DNA from: Candidatus Omnitrophota bacterium
GTDB lineage: Bacteria; Omnitrophota; Gorgyraeia; Zapsychrales; Fredricksoniimonadaceae
Assembly: GCA_015232565.1 (NCBI GenBank)
Contig: JADFZK010000009.1
Span: forward strand, 3,725 to 67,724
Direction: 5' to 3'
DNA length: 64,000 nucleotides
Shown here: positions 38,164 to 47,986 of the stretch, piece after piece
Position numbering within the stretch: position 1 is the first letter of the stretch
Layout: each line of letters starts with the position of its first letter
Notes under the pieces: model-generated
The model's database searches: none
Seen by the model: the letters and a program-made list of their open reading frames with translations, nothing else
What the model was told of the DNA's origin: nothing
Program-made: the position numbers and the translations under genes

Positions 38164-38814
38164 ATGACCAAGAAAAAAGCGATTGTATTACTTTCCGGAG
38201 GGCTGGATTCGTCCACGGTGCTTTACTACGCGCTTGACCGGGGTTACGCTGTGCAGGCGCTGGTCTTCGATTATGGCCAGCGGCATCGCAAAGAGATAAT
38301 GGCGGCGCGGGCTGTTGCGCGGGCGGCAGGAGCGTCTTTGGAAGTGGTCAAGATCTCCCTGCCCTGGAAGGGGTCGTCGTTGCTCGACCTGAAAACCCAT
38401 GTTCCGGTAAGTGGAGTTAAGAAGGGCGGCATTCCTTCTACTTATGTGCCGGCGCGGAATATTATATTTCTGAGTTTTGCCGCTTCTTTTGCCGAAGCGG
38501 TGGGAGCGCGGGTGATCTTTATTGGCGCCAATGCTTTGGATTATTCCGGGTATCCGGATTGCCGGCCGGCTTTCTTTAAGGCATTCCAAAAGGCTTTGGA
38601 CCAGGGGCTGAAGGCGGGAGTGGAACATCACGGGGTGCGTATTGAAACGCCGTTATTAAAGCTGAGCAAGGCGCAGATCATTGCCCTGGGGCTTCGGCTG
38701 GGCGTGCCTTATGAGAAGACCTGGTCGTGTTATCAGGGTGGAGCCCAGCCCTGCGGGGTTTGTGACAGTTGTCGTTTGCGGGCCAAGGGTTTTACGGAGA
38801 TCTATGCCGGTTAA
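38164..38814 (+). CDS. queC: 7-cyano-7-deazaguanine synthase
   Basis: SGGLDS, YVPARN, YPDCR and TWSCY...CGVCDSC motifs. Confidence 0.96.
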   Translation: MTKKKAIVLLSGGLDSSTVLYYALDRGYAVQALVFDYGQRHRKEIMAARAVARAAGASLEVVKISLPWKGSSLLDLKTHVPVSGVKKGGIPSTYVPARNIIFLSFAASFAEAVGARVIFIGANALDYSGYPDCRPAFFKAFQKALDQGLKAGVEHHGVRIETPLLKLSKAQIIALGLRLGVPYEKTWSCYQGGAQPCGVCDSCRLRAKGFTEIYAG

Positions 38815-39499
38815 AGGAAATGTTATCGAGATATTCGATTCGGTTCAGGGCGAGGGCAAATACGCCGGAGTCCAGCAGGTGTTTGTGCGCCTGGCGGGAT
38901 GCAACCTGACTTGTTCGTGGTGCGACAGTTCTCATGCCCGTGACCCCAGGACTTCTGGCGCGGTAGCCATGGAACCGCTGGAGGTCTGGGCCGAGATCGA
39001 CCGGAACTGGCGCGGGAGCCATTCGGTAAGTTTTACCGGCGGCGAGCCTTTGCTGCAGAAAGATTTTCTAAAAGAGATACTGCCGATCCTCAAGGTTTAC
39101 AAGACCCGCGTCTTCCTGGAGACCAACGGCACTTTGCCGGAGGCGCTCAAGGAGGTTATTGAGGACATTGATATCGTGGCAATGGACGTTAAATTGCCCA
39201 GCTCCACCGGTTGTGCCGCATATTGGGACGAGCATGTGGAGTTCCTGCGGGTCGCCTGGGGCAAGGATGTATTCATCAAGATCGTGATATCGTCGGGAAC
39301 AACCATGGCGGATATGGTGCAGGCCGTGGAAATGATCTCGCGGGGCGATCCGGCGACTCCGTTGTTCCTGCAGCCCAATCATTTTGATATCAATAATGGC
39401 GTAATACACAAGTGCCGGGAGTTCCAGCAGTACGCCCTGAATTATTTATCCGACGTGCGGGTCATTCCGCAGATCCATAAATTCCTGAACATAAGGTAG
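38804..39499 (+). CDS. queE: 7-carboxy-7-deazaguanine synthase (radical SAM)
   Basis: SVQGEG, CNLTCSWCD, TGGEP, ETNG and PQIHK motifs; start at ATG 38804. Confidence 0.92.
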   Translation: MPVKGNVIEIFDSVQGEGKYAGVQQVFVRLAGCNLTCSWCDSSHARDPRTSGAVAMEPLEVWAEIDRNWRGSHSVSFTGGEPLLQKDFLKEILPILKVYKTRVFLETNGTLPEALKEVIEDIDIVAMDVKLPSSTGCAAYWDEHVEFLRVAWGKDVFIKIVISSGTTMADMVQAVEMISRGDPATPLFLQPNHFDINNGVIHKCREFQQYALNYLSDVRVIPQIHKFLNIR

Positions 39500-39505
39500 G
39501 CGACC

Positions 39506-39904
39506 ATGGACATCAGCTCATATGAAGGTTTGCAAAAAAAGATCCGCCAGTTGAAAACTCCGGACATCGAGGTTTGGGAGAACCAGTATGCCGACCGTGA
39601 TTATCTGATAAGCCTGGAGATCCCTGAATTCACCTGTATCTGCCCGAAGACCGGTTTGCCGGATTTTGCGTTGATCGAGGTGGAGTACCGCCCGGCCAAG
39701 GCCTGCCTGGAACTGAAATCGTTGAAAATGTATACCCATTTTTACCGTGAGGTCGGTATTTTTCACGAGCATCTGGTGAACAAGTTGCTCGACGATATGG
39801 TAAAGGCCTGCCAGCCGCGCTGGATGCGGGTCAAGGTGGAAATGAATCCCCGCGGCGGTATTTACACCGCCGTAGAAGCGGAATACCAAAGGAAGAGATC
39901 ATGA
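39506..39904 (+). CDS. queF: preQ0 reductase (unimodular)
   Basis: [24 protein letters not shown] and PRGG motifs. Confidence 0.95.
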   Translation: MDISSYEGLQKKIRQLKTPDIEVWENQYADRDYLISLEIPEFTCICPKTGLPDFALIEVEYRPAKACLELKSLKMYTHFYREVGIFHEHLVNKLLDDMVKACQPRWMRVKVEMNPRGGIYTAVEAEYQRKRS

Positions 39905-40611
39905 AACGTGGCGATGGCCGGGATCCGGACCAGTTAAGGAAAATAACGGTCCAGAAGAATTATTTCAAGCATGCCGAGGGGTCGTGCCTTATTGCTTTCG
40001 GGGATACCAAAGTGGCGTGTTCCGCCTCGGTCGAGGACGGCGTGCCGCCTTTTCTTAAGGGCAAGGGGCAGGGCTGGGTAACGGCGGAATACGGCATGTT
40101 GCCGCGTTCCTGCACCCAGCGGATCAGCCGCGAAAAGGGCGGCGCTTCCGGGCGCACCCAGGAGATCCAGCGCTTGATCGGCCGTTCCTTAAGGGCGGTG
40201 GTGGATATGAAAAAGCTGGGAGAACGCACGGTCAAGATCGATTGTGATGTGATCCAGGGCGATGGCGGTACCCGTACAGCGGCGATAACCGGCGGCTACA
40301 TAGCGCTGGCGCTGGCCTTGAAGAAGATCCGCAAGAGCGGCTTGATCGCCGACTGGCCCTTAACCCGGCAGATCGCGGCAGTCAGCGCGGGCGTGTTTAA
40401 TGGCACTCCGGTGCTTGACCTTAATTATGCCGAGGATTCCAAAGCCGAAGTGGATATGAACATTGTTATGGTGACGGGCGGTGATTTTGTGGAGGTCCAG
40501 GGCACTGCCGAGGGCCAGCCATTTTCGCGTAAAGATATGGAGGCTATGTTTAAGCTGGCCGAAAAAGGGATCCGCGAGCTCTTTGTGGTTCAGAACAAGG
40601 CCTTGAAATGA
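39901..40611 (+). CDS. rph: Ribonuclease PH
   Basis: [26 protein letters not shown] and DGGTRTA motifs. Confidence 0.96.
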   Translation: MKRGDGRDPDQLRKITVQKNYFKHAEGSCLIAFGDTKVACSASVEDGVPPFLKGKGQGWVTAEYGMLPRSCTQRISREKGGASGRTQEIQRLIGRSLRAVVDMKKLGERTVKIDCDVIQGDGGTRTAAITGGYIALALALKKIRKSGLIADWPLTRQIAAVSAGVFNGTPVLDLNYAEDSKAEVDMNIVMVTGGDFVEVQGTAEGQPFSRKDMEAMFKLAEKGIRELFVVQNKALK

Positions 40612-41213
40612 AAGAGTTGCTGGTGGCTACCCGGAATAAAGGCAAGGTGCGCGAGATAGCTGACCTTCTGGCGCCTTTGGATATCAAGGTGTCTTCTTTA
40701 CTTGATCATGGAGCCATGCCCGAGATCATTGAGGATGGCCTGACCTTTCGGGCTAATGCCGCCAAGAAGGCCGTTATTATCGCCCGGCATACCGGTGGTA
40801 TTGTGATGGGTGAGGATTCCGGCCTGGAGGTCGACGCCCTGAAAGGCGCGCCGGGCGTCTTTTCCGCGCGTTATGCCGGCGAGCACGCCGATGATGAAGC
40901 GAATAACACTAAACTGCTGGCAGAATTGTCCGGAGTGCCCGTTGAGCAACGTACGGCGCGTTATCGTTCGGCCATTGCTTTGGCCGACCAGGACCGTTTG
41001 ATAGATGTGGTGGAAGGGTCTTGCGAAGGCGTAATAGCCGGGGAACGCCGCGGCACAAATGGATTTGGTTATGACCCGCTTTTTATTGTCCCCGCCCGGC
41101 AAATGACTTTTGGCGAATTGCCCTTGGCTTTCAAACAAACCATCAGCCACCGGGCGAATGCCCTGCGTCAGTTCCTGAAACTGCTGGAACGTTATTTAGT
41201 TCACAGCCAGTGA
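40608..41213 (+). CDS. rdgB: Non-canonical purine NTP pyrophosphatase (Ham1 family)
   Basis: ATRNKGK, EDSGL, GFGYDP and SHRA motifs. Confidence 0.94.
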   Translation: MKELLVATRNKGKVREIADLLAPLDIKVSSLLDHGAMPEIIEDGLTFRANAAKKAVIIARHTGGIVMGEDSGLEVDALKGAPGVFSARYAGEHADDEANNTKLLAELSGVPVEQRTARYRSAIALADQDRLIDVVEGSCEGVIAGERRGTNGFGYDPLFIVPARQMTFGELPLAFKQTISHRANALRQFLKLLERYLVHSQ

Positions 41214-41266
41214 TGGTTTTAGCCGTATTTGCCTTGGGCCTCTCGCCTACTGGCTCCTGTCGGAGT

Positions 41267-44236
41267 TTATTCAAACAGTTTCAGCAATCCCCCTACCGTA
41301 TTCTGCAAGGTCTTCTTGATTATCGTTGGCGCCGAGATGTTGTGCTCGTAGCGCGGCTTGGTTAAAGTCCCGGTGATATGGATATTCAGCAGTCCCTGCG
41401 AGGGGTTTACCAGCGATATCAGATCGGTGCTGGTGCCGTTGGACGCCGGAGTCTCCAGGCGCGGCGTTATGTTCAGGTCGATAGCCTGATCCTGCAGGTC
41501 GAGCCAGCCTTCGCCGATCAAAGACAAGGTTGGGCTTTTTAGCGTGAGGTTATTGGTTTCCACTTTACCGTCATTGATGTTGAAAGTGGCGCTGGCATCG
41601 CGGATTATTACGCTTCCTCCCGGGAAAGAAGAGGACAGGATGCTTAAGACTTTGGAAAGTATTTCCAGGTCCCAAAGGTATCCGTCGGTGATCTGTACGG
41701 TGGTTTTGCCGACCAGGCTTTTAATATTGGTGGCGGTGCCTTTAAGTTCACCGGCCACGGTCAATGATCCGGCGAGTTGCTGGTCTTTCAGCGGGGTATC
41801 ACGTTTGAGCAGTTCCAGGTTGGTGCCGTCGAGTTTGAAGGTGCTTTGAAAGGGAAAGCCGGGTTTTACCAGGTCGACGTTACCGATCATGCCCAGTTCG
41901 CCCTCGTAAAGTTTGCCTTTGATTTCCAGCGGGCGCAGTTCGCCGTTGCTTTGGGTGGCTTCCAGGACCAGGTTGTCGGCCGCATAGCCCATTACGTTAA
42001 GGGCGGGGGTTTCAATGTTGTAAGTGGCTGAGAGATTCTGCCAGTCAACCGGGTTGCCTTTAACACTGGCGGTCAGTTTTAGTATACCGGCGAGTTTAAG
42101 CGCTTCCAGCTGTTTGGCGTATTCCGGGGCAATCTTTGGCAGGTCACGCAAGGAGGCTTTGGCGGTGGCGTTGATATCCACCGTGGGCGCTTTTCCGGCC
42201 GGGATAAAGATCTTTCCGCTGGCGTCCAGCGCCGAATCAAACCAGGTGGCGTTAAAGCTTTTTAAGGCCAGGGTGTCGTCGGTCTTTTTAACCTGGGCGT
42301 CGATGTTCATATCGGCGGCCTTGATCGAGGTGGCGATCAGCGGGTTCTGGAAATCTTCCAGGTAGCCGTTGAGGGTGTAGGTTTTCTTTTGGAAATCAGC
42401 CGAAAGGTCTTTCCAGGCCAGAGTGGGAGCGTTAAAGGTGAGCGTGCCGTTCAGGTTGTCAATTGACTGGTTAAGTTTGGCGCTCTTGAGATTGACTTTC
42501 TTAAGAAGCGCAGTGGCTTTCAGGCCGCCTTTATCCAGGGTGGAAGCTTGGCCGGTGATATCAGCCTGAACATCGGCCTGTCCGCTAATGGTCAGGCCGT
42601 TGTCTTTGATGATCTCGGGGATGATCTTTTCGATCATGGCCAGGTCAATATTGGCCGCAGAGGCTTTAAGGTTCAGCAGAGGAGCGCTGAAATTGTTGAT
42701 GGTGCCGCTGATCTCGACCGGGGTGCCCAGAACGGACAGGCTGAAATCTTTAAGTGCGGCGGAGTCGGTTTGAAAATCCACCGTGCCGCGGATAGCGCTT
42801 ATCTCGCCCACCATGGGCGCGCCTTTAAGTGAACATTCTTTAAGTTGTACGGTGCCGTCGTAGCTGGGTTCTCCGGTCGAGGCGGGCGGTAAGGAAAAGT
42901 GCAGGGAAACTGCCGGCGCTCCGGAGAAGTGGAGCCCTTGCGGTAAAACGATGTTCAGGGCACTAAAGACCGGGCGGGCTTTGAGGTCGATGGTGCCTTG
43001 CTTTATTTCCAATACCGCGCCGGGGGCGTTGAAGGCCGACTTCACGGTGATTCCGGGGATCTCGGCGATCAGGTAACGCAGGGCAATATTGCCTTTGGCG
43101 TTAAGGTCGGCTCCGGTCTGTGCGGCGGAAAGCTGGGTAATGACCATATCGGCCTGGATCTTTTGCCCTTCAGCGATAAGGGCATTGATACCCCGGATGT
43201 CGGCGTCGGCCGATAGGGTCCAGTTATTGCCTTTCTGGATAAATTTAATTGCGCTGGCCTGGAGGCTGGCGTTGAATTTCTGGCCATTGTTCATTTCCAG
43301 GCTGGCATCCTGCAGGGAGATGTTGCCCTGAAAATTTATTTCATCTTTGTTGAGCGTAAGGGTTATTTTATCCAGCCCCAGAGCGCCTCGGGTTTTCAGG
43401 CCCGGTACCGGCTCGGCGGCAATGTTGTTAAAAAGCGCACTGCCTGCCACTTTCAGGCCTTGCTGATCGAACGAGAGCGTGGCCGTGGTATTGGCGATGT
43501 TCAGCGACGTAACCGGCAGAACTACGTTCTCGGGAGCGAAGCGCAGGTATTTTCCGGTAACGATGTTAGCCATGCGCAGGCTGGCTTTAACGTTCAGGCT
43601 GGTCATTCCGGCGCGGATATCGAAGGACATTTGGCCCTGGGTCGAGGGGATATTCAGGTCTCCGGTAAGGTGTACACTGCCGGCCAGGTCGAGCGAGCCT
43701 TTTATGTTTATGGGTTCGAGCATTTCGCTGAAATTGTCGCCGCCCATCAGATCGGTTAACTTAATGCGGGCATTGTTGACCGCCAAGCCGCTGATAACAA
43801 TGCTTAACGGTTTGCCGGCGCTGGCTCCGGCGGCGGCTGGAGCGCCCGGCTTGGGCGTTAGCAGGTCGGTGAAGTTCCAGGTGCTGGCGTTCAGGCGGGT
43901 CACGCGGGCGGAAAGGTTGTCCACGCGGACTGCCGGCAGGATAACTTTTTGTTGCAAGAGTGCGGGAAAAAGCACCTGGGCCGAGGCGCTGTCAATGTGC
44001 ACAAAAACCTCGGCGGGGTTGTCTTTGCTGAATATGGTGAGGTCTTTAATGACGAAACCTTTGAGAAAATGATATTGCAGGGTATCAAAAGTGACCTTGC
44101 GGCCCAGGGCGTCCTCGGCGGCTTTAATTGCCAGGCCCTTTACCTGTACCGGAAGCAGGACCTTGTTAACGTAATACAACCCGGCGCTGGCCAGTACGGC
44201 GATGATCGCCAGGGTAAGGAATATTTTCTTGAACAT
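41267..44236 (-). CDS. Large AsmA/DUF748-like beta-rich envelope protein
   Basis: N-terminal TM anchor, WNFTDLL, repeated beta strands, C-terminal ITGTLTKP. Confidence 0.75.
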   Translation of the reverse strand: MFKKIFLTLAIIAVLASAGLYYVNKVLLPVQVKGLAIKAAEDALGRKVTFDTLQYHFLKGFVIKDLTIFSKDNPAEVFVHIDSASAQVLFPALLQQKVILPAVRVDNLSARVTRLNASTWNFTDLLTPKPGAPAAAGASAGKPLSIVISGLAVNNARIKLTDLMGGDNFSEMLEPINIKGSLDLAGSVHLTGDLNIPSTQGQMSFDIRAGMTSLNVKASLRMANIVTGKYLRFAPENVVLPVTSLNIANTTATLSFDQQGLKVAGSALFNNIAAEPVPGLKTRGALGLDKITLTLNKDEINFQGNISLQDASLEMNNGQKFNASLQASAIKFIQKGNNWTLSADADIRGINALIAEGQKIQADMVITQLSAAQTGADLNAKGNIALRYLIAEIPGITVKSAFNAPGAVLEIKQGTIDLKARPVFSALNIVLPQGLHFSGAPAVSLHFSLPPASTGEPSYDGTVQLKECSLKGAPMVGEISAIRGTVDFQTDSAALKDFSLSVLGTPVEISGTINNFSAPLLNLKASAANIDLAMIEKIIPEIIKDNGLTISGQADVQADITGQASTLDKGGLKATALLKKVNLKSAKLNQSIDNLNGTLTFNAPTLAWKDLSADFQKKTYTLNGYLEDFQNPLIATSIKAADMNIDAQVKKTDDTLALKSFNATWFDSALDASGKIFIPAGKAPTVDINATAKASLRDLPKIAPEYAKQLEALKLAGILKLTASVKGNPVDWQNLSATYNIETPALNVMGYAADNLVLEATQSNGELRPLEIKGKLYEGELGMIGNVDLVKPGFPFQSTFKLDGTNLELLKRDTPLKDQQLAGSLTVAGELKGTATNIKSLVGKTTVQITDGYLWDLEILSKVLSILSSSFPGGSVIIRDASATFNINDGKVETNNLTLKSPTLSLIGEGWLDLQDQAIDLNITPRLETPASNGTSTDLISLVNPSQGLLNIHITGTLTKPRYEHNISAPTIIKKTLQNTVGGLLKLFE

Positions 44237-44402
44237 AATGTATCCTTTTGGGTGGTGGCACTGGTTTGATAACAATGCATCATACTAATCAAATTTTTGT
44301 AATCCGGCAAGCGGTTCATCGACCAACCTGCGCAAGGGCGGCCGTGAGGCACGGCCAACATCCAGGTCAAGATTACTAAATATCATTATTCGGGAGGTTA
44401 TT

Positions 44403-44987
44403 ATGTCAGTTTTAGTTGGTAAACAGGCGCCGGATTTCTCTGCTACCGCAGTAAAGGAAGACCAGATCATAGACAAGTTCTCGCTTTCGTCATTGAAGGG
44501 CAAACATGTGGTGCTTTTTTTCTATCCGCTGGATTTTACTTTTGTGTGCCCTACCGAATTGCATGCGTTCTCCGACAAGCTCGAGGAGTTCAACAAGCGC
44601 GGAGTGGAAGTGGTGGGTGTCAGCGTGGATTCCCATTTTAGCCATTTGGCGTGGTTGCGCATACCTAAGTCCCGGGGCGGTATAGAAGGGGTGCGTTATC
44701 CGATCGTTTCTGATCTGAACAAGACTATCTCCCGGGATTACGATGTGCTGGCCGAAGGCCGCGGCATTGCATATCGCGGGCTATTTTTAATTGACCGGAC
44801 GGGCATTGTACGCCATCAGGTGGTAAATGACTTGCCACTGGGCCGCAGTGTGGACGAGGCCTTGCGCATGGTGGATGCCTTGCAGTTCTTTGAGGCTAAT
44901 GGTGAAGTATGCCCGGCCAATTGGCGGAAAGGCGATAAATCCATGAAAGCCGACCAGAAAGGCCTGGAGGCATTCTTCGGCAAGTAA
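44403..44987 (+). CDS. ahpC: 2-Cys peroxiredoxin (AhpC/Prx1)
   Basis: FYPLDFTFVCPTE and GEVCPANW motifs. Confidence 0.93.
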   Translation: MSVLVGKQAPDFSATAVKEDQIIDKFSLSSLKGKHVVLFFYPLDFTFVCPTELHAFSDKLEEFNKRGVEVVGVSVDSHFSHLAWLRIPKSRGGIEGVRYPIVSDLNKTISRDYDVLAEGRGIAYRGLFLIDRTGIVRHQVVNDLPLGRSVDEALRMVDALQFFEANGEVCPANWRKGDKSMKADQKGLEAFFGK

Positions 44988-45016
44988 TCCGTTCGGCCTG
45001 ATTCTTGTGTAAAAAT

Positions 45017-45054
45017 AGCCACTCATTGACAATGCTCAATGGGTGGTTTCTTTT
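45017..45054 (+). terminator. Intrinsic terminator after the peroxiredoxin gene
   Basis: AGCCACTCATTGA / TCAATGGGTGGTT stem followed by TCTTTT. Confidence 0.7.
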
Positions 45055-45195
45055 GGCGCTAACTCAGGGGCAATGCTTTGATACCAAGATTGTGTTTATG
45101 AAGCTAGTCTTCCCAGTTAGCCTTCCCAATTTAGCAATATAGATTTATATATGTTATCCTTTATTCAGGTGGACGAAGTCTGTCCAGAAGAGGAG

Positions 45196-47535
45196 ATGGA
45201 ATTGATTATAGGACGGTTGATACATAGATTTTTGGCAAACCTGCTGATACTGGTCTTTCTGGTATCGAATGTGCCCGTTTATGCTCAGGGAGTGATTCAG
45301 CTTCCTGCTCCGGGTACCCGTTTAGCTTTAAGCACTGCTTTTGCCCCGCCGCTTCTTAAAGGCATTAAGGTTTACCGCAATGACCCTTTTCGCTTTGACT
45401 TCATTCTGGATAAGGGGGATGCCACTGCAACGGATGAGCAGGTCAAGACTGATTCCACCCGCCTCATTAAGTACTTTCTTGCCTCTCTGACCGTGCCTGA
45501 GAAAGACCTGTGGGTGAACTTATCGCCTTACGAGAAAGACCGGATAGTGCCTGAGGCATTTGGTCAAACAGAAATGGGCCGTGACCTTCTGGCACAGGAT
45601 TACATCTTGAAGCAGATAACGGCATCGGTGATTTATCCTGAAGGCGAGGTTGGCAAGGAGTTCTGGGCCAAGGTGTACGCCGAAGCTCAAAAACGTTTCG
45701 GCACAACAGACGTTCCAGTGGATACATTCAACAAGGTATGGATTATCCCTGAAAAAGCGACCGTGTACGAGAATAAGGATGCTGCTTTTGTAGTTGAAAG
45801 CAAGCTCAAGGTCATGTTGGAAGAGGATTACCTTGCTCTTGAGCAGAACACGCCAGCCAAAGAACAGACTACACTAGCGACCAACAAGCTCGGCTCTGAG
45901 ATTGTCCGTGAGATTGTTATTCCTATTCTTGAAAAGGAAGTCAATGAGGGCAAGAACTTCGCCCCGCTTCGGCAGGTCTATAATTCCCTGATTCTGGCAA
46001 CCTGGTACAAGCGCAAAGTTCGGGATAGCATCATGGGCCAGGCTTATGTTGACCAGCAGAAGACCGTCGGCATTGACATTGTTGACAAGAACGAGAAAGA
46101 AAAGATCTGGCAGCAATACGTTGAGGCGTTTACAAAGGGGGCTTACAATCTGATTAAGGAAGAGGTTGAGCCGGAGTCACAGGAAGTTATTCCAAGGAAG
46201 TATTTCTCGGGGGGAACAGACCTGGAGATGAATGTCTTTCGGGTTGTTGATTCTGATTCTGCTCAACAACCTGTAATTGACTCTAAACAGGGATGGCGCG
46301 TTCAAATGCGAGCAGCCATTATAAACAGAAATTTTCCAGTAACATGGTTTGAAGGTCAGTACAACAGATTGTTTAGGAGGGCAAAGTCACCGTTGGGCTT
46401 GAATTATTTTCGTTATTTAATGGTAATGCATGAGGCTATGGAGAAGCCTCATCAGAGAAGAATGTTGTACCTGGCCTCAGGTGCAGATGTTACACGGGCT
46501 GTAGCGCTGCTGCATGGCGGTAGAATCGACATGGTTGACAGGGCTTTTAATATCGACAGGGTAGAAAAAGCATTAAATTCTCAGTTTGACAATCCTGATA
46601 AGAAAATGATTGGTTTTAGGAATGAGTACGCGGCGCAGAAAAGAAATTACGGATTTTCACACTGGTCGTATTTAGGACAGGGGGTTGAGAAACGCATTAT
46701 ACCGATTAGTTATCCGCATAATACTTTGTATCCTCCCGATCATGATTTTGATTATTTCAGTCAATGTCTTATTGCTGAGCTCCAATCATTGGGCTTAAAA
46801 AGAAATGATTTGAATGTTTCTCGTGTTGAGAATGCTTTGAAGGTTTCGTTCAGATTGATTCCTCCGGGAGATTCTCAGGAAGAGAATTACCAATTTGTAT
46901 TTTTAAATCATGACGCTACTGATTATTTGGGTTTGCGCAGGCAATTGAGTTTGCAGGAGGGTGTTGATATTCTTTTGGATAATGGGGGAATGTTAATTGG
47001 TGAAAAATATAATGACATGCTCGTTTTACTAGACAGAGACTTGAACCCGGGTGCGTTTTTATTGTTAAACAATTATCCTGAAGAAAGAAATGCAGATATT
47101 GCTGCGATTTATAAAGCGCCGGCTTTCGTTATACACAATCCAAAATATCGGAATATTAACACGGCCGATATTGAGGCGGCGGAACGGTTAATTGAAAATG
47201 GTCCTGCATTCAAAAGGTATGGATTTTATGGCTGGAAATACATGGCGTTTCAATTTTATTCTGTGAGACAAATTGAGAGAATGAATAAGAATGCCGAGCA
47301 GTCAAGAGATCCTGCGGTGAGGCCTGGCGTTACACCGGATGCAGCCGGGAAGGGGGGTATTGATCTCAATACTGAGAAAATTAATCTGAAGACACGCAAT
47401 AGCGCGGCGTCAATTGAGTTCAATTTTGACCCTGCCATGTTGCAGCGGGTTCAGAAGGCTTCGGGTATTACCCCGGTCATTGTAAACATCAGCTCTCTTG
47501 AAAGCCTGACGAAGTTTTTTGAAATAACCCCCTAG
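45196..47535 (+). CDS. Secreted modular hypothetical protein: N-terminal domain, AT-rich cargo, C-terminal GGIDLN domain
   Basis: GAGGAG RBS; signal peptide ending VYA-Q; N block ends PRKYFSGG; C block starts KGGIDLN. Confidence 0.8.
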   Translation: MELIIGRLIHRFLANLLILVFLVSNVPVYAQGVIQLPAPGTRLALSTAFAPPLLKGIKVYRNDPFRFDFILDKGDATATDEQVKTDSTRLIKYFLASLTVPEKDLWVNLSPYEKDRIVPEAFGQTEMGRDLLAQDYILKQITASVIYPEGEVGKEFWAKVYAEAQKRFGTTDVPVDTFNKVWIIPEKATVYENKDAAFVVESKLKVMLEEDYLALEQNTPAKEQTTLATNKLGSEIVREIVIPILEKEVNEGKNFAPLRQVYNSLILATWYKRKVRDSIMGQAYVDQQKTVGIDIVDKNEKEKIWQQYVEAFTKGAYNLIKEEVEPESQEVIPRKYFSGGTDLEMNVFRVVDSDSAQQPVIDSKQGWRVQMRAAIINRNFPVTWFEGQYNRLFRRAKSPLGLNYFRYLMVMHEAMEKPHQRRMLYLASGADVTRAVALLHGGRIDMVDRAFNIDRVEKALNSQFDNPDKKMIGFRNEYAAQKRNYGFSHWSYLGQGVEKRIIPISYPHNTLYPPDHDFDYFSQCLIAELQSLGLKRNDLNVSRVENALKVSFRLIPPGDSQEENYQFVFLNHDATDYLGLRRQLSLQEGVDILLDNGGMLIGEKYNDMLVLLDRDLNPGAFLLLNNYPEERNADIAAIYKAPAFVIHNPKYRNINTADIEAAERLIENGPAFKRYGFYGWKYMAFQFYSVRQIERMNKNAEQSRDPAVRPGVTPDAAGKGGIDLNTEKINLKTRNSAASIEFNFDPAMLQRVQKASGITPVIVNISSLESLTKFFEITP

Positions 47536-47561
47536 ACCACTATGCGATTTCTGGTTTGTCT

Positions 47562-47633
47562 ATGAAGTCTTTCTCGACAGTTTTGGGCAAGTCTGGTATA
47601 ACTGGTTTTCGTTTTCACGATCTTAGGCATACA
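47562..47633 (+). pseudogene. Tyrosine integrase remnant
   Basis: Translates KSFSTVLGKSGITGFRFHDLRHT (HxLRH box II). Confidence 0.75.
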
Positions 47634-47679
47634 TCTTCAGGTAATCAATGACGGTGGGTTTGCTCTGAATACGGCTTGT

Positions 47680-47808
47680 GAGAAACTGCCACAGCTTGTG
47701 GCAGAAATAGACGGGCAGAATCCGCCACGGGCCGTGGCAGGAATTCCATGGGGGCATAATGCGTTCCTTTTGGAGAAGCTGAAGGATCCGTTGAAGCGGT
47801 TATGGTAT
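47680..47808 (+). pseudogene. DUF1016/YhcG N-terminal remnant
   Basis: Translates LPQLVAEI...AVAGIPWGHNAFLLEKLKDPLKRLWY. Confidence 0.75.
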
Positions 47809-47950
47809 AGTAGTATTTTTTATATTTGCTTCGAAGTCTCCGAGGCCCTGATAGGGCCTCAGGTAGCTATGGGATGAGCAGTAGTATTTCTTATATTTGC
47901 CCCAAAGTCTCCGAGGCCCTGATAGGGCCTCAGGTAGACTTTGGGGCGAA
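47809..47950. repeat. Two ~58-bp direct repeats (period 71) each with a GAGGCCCT-GAT-AGGGCCTC hairpin
   Basis: 47809-47866 and 47880-47937 are nearly identical. Confidence 0.88.
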
Positions 47951-47970
47951 AAAAAAGAATTCTTTTTTTT

Positions 47971-47986
47971 CGGGATGTAGCGCAGC
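47971..47986 (+). repeat. Exact copy of the first 16 nt of tRNA-Pro
   Basis: CGGGATGTAGCGCAGC is identical to 48073-48088. Confidence 0.85.

Noticed and set aside
37778-39904. queDCEF as a Dpd-type DNA deazaguanine modification system or riboswitch-controlled unit
   Set aside because: No dpdA/tgt-like gene nearby, queF points to tRNA queuosine, and the genes overlap murI and rph leaving no room for a preQ1 riboswitch.
47809-47950. CRISPR array
   Set aside because: Only two units, the repeat is too long (~58 bp), the spacer is only 13 nt, and no cas genes are in the window.
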